Assembly: GCA_964466265.1 (NCBI GenBank)
Contig: CAYXMX010000002.1
Coordinates: 15,340 to 79,339 of the forward strand
Direction: 5' to 3'
Source: an uncultured bacterium
Lineage (GTDB): Bacteria > Fidelibacterota > Marinisomatia > Marinisomatales > TCS55
DNA length: 64,000 nucleotides
Shown: positions 49,547-58,600 of the stretch, piece after piece
How the letters are laid out: each line of letters opens with the position of its first letter
How positions within the stretch are numbered: position 1 is the first letter of the stretch
The notes under the pieces: generated by a model
Told to the model about the DNA's origin: nothing
What the model saw: the letters and a program-made list of their open reading frames with translations, nothing else
Database searches by the model: none
Program-made: the position numbers and the translations under genes

Positions 49547-51598
49547 GTGCGCACATATTTAATTTTCATAGCTATCACCATCGTAATATCTTCTTGTGGA
49601 GATCCTCCGAGGAAAGTTGAAATTCTATGGGATCACTATGGGATTCCTCATATATATGCTCAAAATGTAAATGATCTTTTCTATGCCTATGGCTGGGCAC
49701 AGACCCATGCCCATGGTGATCTACTATTAAAGTTATATGGACAGGCTAGGGGAAAGGCTGCAGAATACTGGGGAGAAGAGTATCTGGAGAGCGATCAGTG
49801 GGTATGGACAAATGGAATTCCTGAAAGATCAGAGCAGTGGGCAAATGATCAATCTGAACCGTATAAGTCCATGTTGGAGAACTATATTGCTGGTATTAAT
49901 GATTATATAATAAAAAATCCACAGGACATTGATGATGCTTATAAAGTAATATTACCGATAACACTGACAGATGTTATGGCCCATGCGCAAAGGTTGTTGC
50001 ACTTTACATTTATTTTTAGTCAGGACGATTTAAAGGGCAGCGTAAAAAAGTGGGCCAACCCAAAAGGTTCAAATGCCTGGGCAATAGGTCCCGGTCGATC
50101 ATCTTCAGGACATGCAATGTTGCTGGCCAATCCTCATTTATTCTGGGGAGATATGTTTACGTGGTTTGAAATTCATCTCAACCTACCAGAGATGAATATT
50201 TATGGTGCCAGTTTAATCGGTTCTCCTGCATTAGGTATTATGTTTAATGAACATCTTGGATATACGCATACGGTTAATACTCATGACGGAGCTGACCTTT
50301 ATGAATTAGCCCTTCGGGATGGAGGCTATGAATTCGATGGTACAATAAAACCATTCCAAATTGATTCTGTTAATTTAAAAATACAAATGGGTGACTCACT
50401 CCGGACAGAGCTATTTATTATAAAAAATGCAATTCAAGGGCCAGTAGTTTATGAAGAAAATGAAAAAGCTCTTGCTTTAAGAATCGTGGCCTTGGATGCG
50501 AGTCAACTTTTCAAGGAACGGTGGGATATGGCTACTGCAACCAACCTTGAAGAGTTTGAGGCAAGTATAAAGAATCTTCAGACTCCTATGTTTACCGTTA
50601 TGTACGCTGATAAAGATGGTAATATTATGCATCTCTTTGGTGGACAAACTCCTAAAAGGCCGTCAGGAAATTTTAACTGGGCTGGAGTTGTTCCGGGGAA
50701 TACATCAATGACTCTTTGGAATAATATACATCCATACAATGAATTGCCCAGGATATTAAATCCTGAGAGTGGTTGGTTACAAAATGCTAACGATCCACCA
50801 TGGACTACCACATTCCCAGAGGAAATTGACGTAACCCATTATCCACCATATATGGCACCACGTCGAATGGGATTTCGTGCACAACGTTCAGCCAGAATGT
50901 TGAGCGAAGATGCCAGCATCACCTATGATGAAATGATTCAGTACAAATTTTCTACAAGAATGGAGCTGGCAGATCGCATCTTGGATGATCTTTTTGATGC
51001 AGCATCGATGGCGAGGGATAAGGATATTCAGGATGCAATACGTGTTTTAAAGCGTTGGGATAGAACAGCTGATAATGCCAGCCGTGGGAGTGTATTATTT
51101 AAGTATTGGGTGGATGCAATGAATTTTCCTGACGATTTTGCGTTACAATGGAATGAGAGAAGTCCCCTTTTATTACCCGATGGTTTAAAAGATAGAACCA
51201 TGGCTGTCCATCGCCTCTTTGGTGCCGCAAAGGATGTGAAAGAAAGATATGGCCGATTGGATGTATTTTGGGGAGAAGTATTTCGTCTGCAGCGAGATAG
51301 TCTGGATCTACCGGCAAATGGGGCTCCGGGAGACCCCTATGGTGTATTTCGCTCATCGTATTTTCGTCCTATAAAGGATCATAGAGAATCCCTCATTGCT
51401 GGAGATTCTTATGTGGCTGCCATTGAATTTGGGGATTCTATTAAAGCTGAAGGAGTCCTTGGTTACGGAAATTTTAGTCAAAAAGGATCTCCACATAGAA
51501 CGGATCAGTTAAAACTGTATTCTGAAAAAAAGTTAAGACCGATTTTATTTTATCGCAAAGATGTGGAAGCGAATACAATGGAAAGAACGGAGTTTTAA
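49547..51598 (+). CDS. penicillin/AHL/cephalosporin-acylase family Ntn hydrolase
   Basis: GTG start; lipoprotein-like ISSCG. N-terminal WDHYGIPHIYAQNVNDLFYAYGWAQTHAHGDLLL. The predicted autoprocessing nucleophile sits in GSNAWAIGP, followed by LLANPHL. Confidence 0.8.
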   Translation: MRTYLIFIAITIVISSCGDPPRKVEILWDHYGIPHIYAQNVNDLFYAYGWAQTHAHGDLLLKLYGQARGKAAEYWGEEYLESDQWVWTNGIPERSEQWANDQSEPYKSMLENYIAGINDYIIKNPQDIDDAYKVILPITLTDVMAHAQRLLHFTFIFSQDDLKGSVKKWANPKGSNAWAIGPGRSSSGHAMLLANPHLFWGDMFTWFEIHLNLPEMNIYGASLIGSPALGIMFNEHLGYTHTVNTHDGADLYELALRDGGYEFDGTIKPFQIDSVNLKIQMGDSLRTELFIIKNAIQGPVVYEENEKALALRIVALDASQLFKERWDMATATNLEEFEASIKNLQTPMFTVMYADKDGNIMHLFGGQTPKRPSGNFNWAGVVPGNTSMTLWNNIHPYNELPRILNPESGWLQNANDPPWTTTFPEEIDVTHYPPYMAPRRMGFRAQRSARMLSEDASITYDEMIQYKFSTRMELADRILDDLFDAASMARDKDIQDAIRVLKRWDRTADNASRGSVLFKYWVDAMNFPDDFALQWNERSPLLLPDGLKDRTMAVHRLFGAAKDVKERYGRLDVFWGEVFRLQRDSLDLPANGAPGDPYGVFRSSYFRPIKDHRESLIAGDSYVAAIEFGDSIKAEGVLGYGNFSQKGSPHRTDQLKLYSEKKLRPILFYRKDVEANTMERTEF

Positions 51599-51604
51599 TC
51601 GAAC

Positions 51605-51781
51605 ATGGAAAAAGTTTTTTATAAACCATCTGATTGCCACGGAAAAATGAACACAGAAACCATCGTTAAATTATCTAAAGATCATTTTGAAATAAACAAA
51701 AATCTTCCTGCTGGCAGTTGCTGCAAGGTTAATAGTATAATTCACTATCCAACCCGATGCCGTATCATTGATGAAAACTGA
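51605..51781 (+). CDS. possible small Cys/His-rich protein (58 aa), below the track cutoff
   Basis: ATG 6 nt after the acylase stop. Product: MEKVFYKPSDCHGKMNTETIVKLSKDHFEINKNLPAGSCCKVNSIIHYPTRCRIIDEN. Codon usage resembles the neighbouring genes; no family recognised. Confidence 0.3.
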   Translation: MEKVFYKPSDCHGKMNTETIVKLSKDHFEINKNLPAGSCCKVNSIIHYPTRCRIIDEN

Positions 51782-51804
51782 AAAAATGGACGGTTCCGGT
51801 CCAT
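51778..51804 (-). terminator. putative intrinsic terminator for a minus-strand transcript
   Basis: On the minus strand, ATGGAC-CGGAACC-GTCCAT is followed by TTTTTT-CAG-TTTT. It is the only minus-strand transcription signal I can see in the window. Confidence 0.4.
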
Positions 51805-52336
51805 TCAGTAAAAGTAACATCCGATGAGGAAAAACGCCCATTTAAAAAGTAAGGGGAGGCAGACCAAATGGATGAGTGGATTCGTCAAACCAAGGAGGAT
51901 AGCCCGCCTCCCAACCACAAAATTAACGTTTATCTGTCATATATTACTGTGATTCACAGCACATAATACCCCTGCAATTATTCAAATTATTAAATGGGTT
52001 TTCATTATTAATAACTTTTGAGGGTGAAATAATTTTTATTTGTCAAAAAAACTGTCATTAAGAAATATGTACTCTATCAACTTCAATCGACTTACAAAAT
52101 AATTCCACTTTTTGGGATGATAAAATTGATAATGTTTATAATCATTGGATTTCTAATATTTATCTTCAAAATTTGGATGTAACAACTTAAAGAATCACCT
52201 ATTTGAAATGTTGCTCAATATAGATGTATCTTCTTTTGATGTAAACCAAGGTAGACAAATGTATTCAAGGTTAAAATTTTCTGAAAATAAGGATCCGATG
52301 CGAGGGAGTTTTATTACTGATTTCCAGGGATAAAGC

Positions 52337-53056
52337 ATGACTCAAGCACACGAAATTCTCGAACCTTTCACTGCCCTCTGGTGGGAGACCATTCTATGGT
52401 CGATCGGAATTATATGGGGACTTCTTTATTTTGCAAAGAAGATGACCCCAAAGCAGATCTCATATCTAATTATTTTCTCCGGTGTTGTGTTGAACGCCAG
52501 AACCTTGTTATTCCAACCGTATATGGTTTATACCCATCAATGGGATATTTATAATAGTTTACCCCTTCATTTATGCGGATTGTCTGCTATTATTTCCGGT
52601 GTGATCATGTTTTATCGAAAGCAATGGCTATACGAACTTCTTTATTTCTGGGGAATCCCGGGAGCTTTCCACTCACTGATTACACCTGAATTTACCCATG
52701 GGACCAGAGGACTGTTTTTTATAGAATATTATATTGCCCATGGGGGCATTATTTTTAGTGCTTTGTTTTGCACGTTAATCCTTGGATTTAAACCGTCAAA
52801 AGGATCATGGTGGAGAGTTTTTCTTTGGACTCAATTACTCTTACCTGTTATTGGTGGGTTCAACTGGCTAATCGGAGCAAATTATATGTATCTCTGTGAG
52901 CCACCTATTGTTAGCAATCCCTTTGTAATAGGGGATTTTCCAGAACATTTAATTGGATTAGAGATTGCTGGATTACTGCATTTTGCGCTGGTATATTTAC
53001 CCTTTGGATTGAGATATCGAAATGAATCAAAAAGTACAGGGACTCCACTTATTTGA
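52337..53056 (+). CDS. 7-TM integral membrane protein, tandem paralog 1 (YwaF/TP0381-like, TIGR02206-type; family name tentative)
   Basis: Shares SLPLHLCGLS, YFWGIPGAFHSLITPEF and GANYMYLCEPP...NPF blocks with the next two genes. Confidence 0.8.
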   Translation: MTQAHEILEPFTALWWETILWSIGIIWGLLYFAKKMTPKQISYLIIFSGVVLNARTLLFQPYMVYTHQWDIYNSLPLHLCGLSAIISGVIMFYRKQWLYELLYFWGIPGAFHSLITPEFTHGTRGLFFIEYYIAHGGIIFSALFCTLILGFKPSKGSWWRVFLWTQLLLPVIGGFNWLIGANYMYLCEPPIVSNPFVIGDFPEHLIGLEIAGLLHFALVYLPFGLRYRNESKSTGTPLI

Positions 53057-53732
53057 CAACCTCCATGTAATCTATTTGGTTACATGGTTAATTATTTGGT
53101 TTACGGTTCCTCTGGTTGGGAAAAAGTATCTCAACAAGCATCAGCAGAAATGGTTTGTTTGGATCATGATTGTTTTCATGGTAGGGCAGGAAATGGTAGA
53201 TTATTGGAACCGAACTCAATTTCGCCATTTATCCTGGGACTTAGACTTACCACTACATTTATGTCATTTATCTCTCATTTTTTCCGTTTATATTCTATTT
53301 AGAAGGAGTCAATTTCTTTTCGAAATTACTTACTTTTGGGGATTGGGTGGTGCCCTTCAAACCATGCTGACACCAGATATGACTAATTTTGATAATTATT
53401 TGGCTATTTTTCTCATGTATGCGCACCACGCAATGATCATTTTAACCTGTCTCTGGTTGGTCGTTGTGGAGGGATATCGTACCCGGTCTGGAGCGATCAA
53501 GCGTACCTTTATTTTTACATATATTGTCATTTGGCCAGTATGGCTGGTGGATTGGATTACTGGGGGAAATTATATGTATTTGATGGAGAGGCCTCCCACA
53601 GAAAGTCCACTTGTATTTGGGAATTGGCCTTGGTACATCATTAATATTCAGGTAGTAGCATTTCTTCTGTTTAACATCATTAATTTGCCCATGATTCTCT
53701 TAAGAAAAAAAGAATCTGTTACATCATATTGA
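53022..53732 (+). CDS. 7-TM integral membrane protein, tandem paralog 2
   Basis: LPLHLCHLS, YFWGLGGALQTMLTPDM and GGNYMYLMERPPTESPLVFGNWPWY. Its start overlaps paralog 1 by 35 nt. Confidence 0.8.
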   Translation: MNQKVQGLHLFDNLHVIYLVTWLIIWFTVPLVGKKYLNKHQQKWFVWIMIVFMVGQEMVDYWNRTQFRHLSWDLDLPLHLCHLSLIFSVYILFRRSQFLFEITYFWGLGGALQTMLTPDMTNFDNYLAIFLMYAHHAMIILTCLWLVVVEGYRTRSGAIKRTFIFTYIVIWPVWLVDWITGGNYMYLMERPPTESPLVFGNWPWYIINIQVVAFLLFNIINLPMILLRKKESVTSY

Positions 53733-54435
53733 ATCAATTTATTCCTCCTGAAGTCTATGGCTCTCTCCATAATATTTATATGCTATCGGAATTGTTTTAT
53801 GGATTATTATTCCTTTTCTTGGAAAAAAATACTTAAATCATAAACATCGAAGGTTAATATCCTTTGTTTTGATTTTCCTCACATTAGGTCAGGAAATTAT
53901 TAATGAATCCGTTCTGTTTTATCAGGGTTTATGGAAACTCTCGGTGAATTTACCGGTTCATTTATGTGGATTTTCCCTTTTTCTGATATCCTGGGTTTTG
54001 GCCACAAAAAAACAAGCTGCCTTTGAATTGGCATATTTCTGGGGAATTGCTGGTGCATCCCAGGCCATATTATCTCCGGATTTGAATGGGATTGGAAATC
54101 CCATGGGCATTTTTATATATTTCTTCTCTCACTCCATTATTGTATTAGATGTGGTTTGGCTGATATATGTCGAAGGAATGAGATTAAGAAAACGTTCATT
54201 ATTGGCTGTCATAATACTGACCAATGGTTTTGCCTTCCTGGTTTCAATTTTGAATAATCTTATCGGAGGAAATTATTGGTATTTATGTTATAAGCCTCAC
54301 TCCAACAGTCCCTTTCTGTATGGTGAATGGCCTTTCTATCTACTAAGTATCGAATTAGCCGGAATTTTTCTTATGGGTTTGATTTATTTACCCTGGATGC
54401 CATTTTTCAGTCATACTTCATCCATAGAAAATTAA
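53729..54435 (+). pseudogene. tandem paralog 3, apparently disrupted by a 1-nt frameshift near 53782 (or N-terminally truncated from TTG 53869)
   Basis: The frame starting at TTG 53729 reads (M)NQFIPPEVYGSLHNIYM, homologous to the paralog 2 N-terminus MNQKVQGLHLFDNLHVIYL. Homology then continues one base back as AIGIVLWIIIPFLGKKYLNHKH (compare TWLIIWFTVPLVGKKYLNKHQ). The rest (LPVHLCGFS, YFWGIAGASQAILSPDL, GGNYWYLCYKP) is intact. Confidence 0.6.
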
Positions 54436-54560
54436 TATTATCAAAATAATGATTTCGTTCAATAATTACTTTCACAGCACTCATTATTAAAATAATAAGT
54501 GAATACCGCTAGATGAATTGATATTGCAGACTGAAACATCGGTATATAAATTCCAAACCA

Positions 54561-55586
54561 ATGACAACACTCTTACTTTACTTTTTCCTCGCCTTGGGTG
54601 TATCCTTTCTCTGTTCCTTATTGGAATCGGTATTATTATCTATGACACGCTCCCACATTGCTGTTTTAGTTAAGGAGGACCACATTTCCGGGCGGTTACT
54701 TGAAAAGCTCAAGAAGAACATCAATCGTCCACTAGCAGCTATTTTATCCCTGAATACCATCGCAAATACAGTGGGTGCTGCGGGGGTTGGGGCGGTTACC
54801 TATAATTTATACGGAAGTAAGTGGGTAGCGGTTACATCAGGTTTATTAACCATGTCAATTCTGATCTTTTCTGAAATTATTCCAAAAACAATTGGAGCTC
54901 ATTACTGGAGACATATTGTATCCCCTTCTGCTTATTTAATCAGGTTTTTAATGGTTTTAATGTATCCATTTGTCATCTTACTGGAATCATTGTCTAATTG
55001 GCTGGAACCGGCTATCAAACAGGATGTTGTCACAAAGGAAGATGTGATCGCCATGGCGGAAATGGGGGAAGACGAAGGGACAATCGAAGAAGACGAAAGT
55101 ACCATAATAGAAAATATTCTTAGGCTGGATAATGTAACTGCAGAAGAAGTAATGACTCCTCGAACGGTTGTTTTTGCATTACAGAAAGATATGACAGTGA
55201 AGGAAGCTTTGGATAAATATCCCATTATTACCTTTTCTAGGATTCCTGTTTATGGTAGAGATATGGAAGATATTGTTGGATTAACCCGCCGGTATGTATT
55301 ACTCAAGAGTAAAGCAGAAGACCAATTTGACTCTACGATGGAAGAATTATCAAATCCGGTCCATGTTGTTTCAGAAAAAGATTCAGTGGGAACTATCCTG
55401 GATGAATTTGTCCGTCGCCGGGAGCATTTATTTATTGTTAAGGACGAGTTTGGACAATTTGCTGGTATTATTACCCTTGAGGATGCCATTGAAACATTGC
55501 TTGGTGTCGAAATCGTAGATGAGATGGATTCGGTTGTTGATATGCGGAAATTAGCTGTTAGTAAAAGTAAAGAACAAAATAAATAA
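54561..55586 (+). CDS. CNNM/CorC-type transporter (DUF21 membrane domain plus CBS pair, no CorC_HlyC tail)
   Basis: The N-terminal 4-TM DUF21 domain ends in SEIIPKTIGA. Two CBS motifs follow (VMTPRTVVFAL...IPVYGRDMEDIVGL and VHVVSEKDSVGTILDEF...LFIVKDEFGQFAGIITLEDAIETLLG). Confidence 0.82.
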   Translation: MTTLLLYFFLALGVSFLCSLLESVLLSMTRSHIAVLVKEDHISGRLLEKLKKNINRPLAAILSLNTIANTVGAAGVGAVTYNLYGSKWVAVTSGLLTMSILIFSEIIPKTIGAHYWRHIVSPSAYLIRFLMVLMYPFVILLESLSNWLEPAIKQDVVTKEDVIAMAEMGEDEGTIEEDESTIIENILRLDNVTAEEVMTPRTVVFALQKDMTVKEALDKYPIITFSRIPVYGRDMEDIVGLTRRYVLLKSKAEDQFDSTMEELSNPVHVVSEKDSVGTILDEFVRRREHLFIVKDEFGQFAGIITLEDAIETLLGVEIVDEMDSVVDMRKLAVSKSKEQNK

Positions 55587-55636
55587 TATAAATTAGCCCG
55601 TTTCTTAAAGGGGAGAGTTAAACTAAATTCGGAGTT

Positions 55637-58600
55637 ATGAAGCGTGCCCTCTGTGTCTTCTCTTTAGTGATCGTTGGTGTCCTTGCATTTGCAGCGACAC
55701 CTACAGTTCGGTTTTACCTAACTGAACTGGACTTTATAAGTAGTCAACCTGTTCCTGAGTCAGAGACACAATTTAGATCACATATAAAAGCAACGTTTGA
55801 TGAAGAAAATAATATTATTAAAAAAACTTATATTGATCCAAATGGGAAGATTAATCAGTCAGAAATTTTTACATATGATTCTACCCATACCTTAATATAT
55901 AAAGATATTTATCTCTCAGGGACACAACTTATCAAACAACTTCTCTTTGGGATGGAAGAAAAGGCAGTTGATTATGTGGAATATGTATATGGCGTTGATA
56001 CGGTAAAAGACTGGACCGACCGGTTCTCAATCCTGGATTACAATCAGCTCTCCCAACTGGTCAATCACGCATTTTTTGATGTAAATGCATTCCAATATGG
56101 ATTCACACATTTTGAATATGATTCACTAGGATATTTATCGAAAGAAGAATGGGTTCGAGAACCCTCAGGGAAAACCATGAGACTCTGGAATCATTTCTTT
56201 GACCCCGCTACTCAACTAACACGAATTATGCAATATGATTCAAATGGTGTGTTGGTTCAGGATTTCCAGTTAAGTCCTGATGGAACTGAATCCATATTCT
56301 GGTTCAAAAACTTGACGGACTCTCTATTTATTAACCATACTTTAATTTCTTTTTCTAATGAAAGTTACTTGGATTGGGGAAAGGTAATATGGATTAGAGT
56401 GGATACAACGGATGCATGTTGTGACAGTATCGAATATCTATTGCCAAAACAGTTTTTGGTAAAAGGACATTTTACTGTGAATACAGGTTTAGATTCTTTT
56501 TTAGTTGACAGTGCTACATACGACATTGTTTTTACCGGAAAGGGTAGTAGTGGCTATGATGCAACAGAACGAAGGGTTAATGGTATTCAATATGATGTTT
56601 CATCTCCCTTATTTGAATTATTTACAAGACAGTTTATCAATAAGCCAATCATTTCTTTTCGTCAGTCAGAACCGACTATTTCAGCTGTTTTAGTATGGAT
56701 GGAAATGGACGACACAACCCAAATAGTGACCTCTATTTTTGATTCGACGGATTTGACCTGGGCTGGAAAGGGAATGTTTACCCCATCCCAGCAACCCAGT
56801 TTAAAAGATAGCATATATTATTCAGTAAGAATTTATGGGACAGACAGAGCAGGGAATCAATCAAATCCCATCGAAGTTGATTCAGTATTTTTTGATGTTC
56901 GGGCTCCTTCCCTAATGATTTCATCTCCTTTAACCGGAGAATTCAGAAATAATCTATCTCTCATATTTAGTCTCAACGAGCCATTACAATCATGGAAAGT
57001 ATCTGTCAAGTCGGTCGGAGGTGAACCGGATCCTAATTCTCCTTACCTATTAGAAATGGATTCATCTCTTTTTGATTTATCTGAAATAGAAAAAGATTTA
57101 GCCGATGAATTCCAACTAAACGATGGAACCATCTATCAATTGATTTTGTCAGGTATTGACCGGGCTGGCAATGTTTCAAGAGCATTGATAGTAGACTCAG
57201 TTACTTATGATATTTCTCCACCTGTTTTAACGACCATTTATCCGGCAACAGGTGCTGCAATCAATCAAACAACAATATCATACAGTATCAATGAACCGCT
57301 GAGAGCTGGTGAATTCCGCTGGGAGCAAACAGAGGGCACCATGGATTCATCAGCTCCACATATTATAGTATTGATGGAAGAGGAGTTGTCTCTGGGAGAT
57401 CATATTAATATTCTTCTGGAGAATCAGACCGAATTGACTGATGGCGCTTCCTATTCACTTTTATTTGTTGGTCAGGATAAAGCAGGTAACGATGGAATTG
57501 CTCCAAACCATATAAATATTTTGTATGATGCTGTCCCACCCAAATTTACTCAGGTTAAACCCCGGCGAGGTTCAGCAATAAACCAAGGGCATGTTTCTTA
57601 CACATTATCGGAAAACACCAAAGAGGGAACGTTTACTTGGAAGTGGATAGGTGGAATAAAAGATCCAATATCCGTCCATACGGCTCAACTGATGAATGAT
57701 GAGAAAAACGCTGGTGTACATGATTCTCTCTTACTATCCCAATCTCCAGAATTGGTAGACGGAGGAATTTATTCCATCGAATTGAATGCGACTGACCGTG
57801 CGGGAAATGATGCAGAAACAATTACAATAGAGAATATCTTATATGATTTTACTCCTCCGACCATAACCATTATTTACCCTGTTTCTATGTCATTCTTACC
57901 TCATAAAAAATGGTCATATTCACTTTCAGAAACATTAGAAGAAGGATCATTTTTTATAAGAAGGACCGGTGGTGCAGAAGATAGAAATTCTCCTTACCGT
58001 ATTGTATTAAATAATAAAGAGAAGTCAGCTGGCGACCACGATGATATCCAGTTGATGTTAATGCCTGATATTGTTGAAGGAACCATTTATGAATTATCTT
58101 TCGCTGGGAGGGATCGGGCAAATAACACAACAGAGTCATTTAGCCTACCAAATATACAATATGATTTTACACCTCCTGTTGTTTCTATTTTGGATTTAAG
58201 CGATAGTACAGACGTGAACCATCAATTAATCAGTTTTGAATTCAGTGAAAAATTAAAAGAGGCATGGATCACTTGGGAATACACTGGGGGAGTGAATGAT
58301 CCCAATGTCATTCATAAACAACCCCTGATTGATGGTGAACTAAATAAAGGAATTCATTCTAATACTCAAATATTAAATTCACCTCAATTGGTCGATGGTT
58401 CAGTATACAAGATTTCCATATTTGGGTTCGACCGGGCGGGAAATAAATCCAATGTGTCCGTTGTAAATAAGATCCGTTATGATGTTACTGCCCCCATGGT
58501 CAATGTAACTTATCCAATCACCCAAACCTATGTTTCATCTCCAGCTATCAGTTTTAACTTGAGTGAAAAACTTTTTTATGGAAAAATTATCTATACTCAA

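Noticed and set aside
51819-52030. Ribozyme- or RNase-P-like strings in the gap (CCGATGAGGAAA near 51822, GGGTGAAA at 52022)
   Set aside because: The hammerhead core would need CUGAUGA with a stem II before GAAA, and neither is present. The RNase P-like octamer has none of the surrounding GC-rich helices. I treat these as chance matches.
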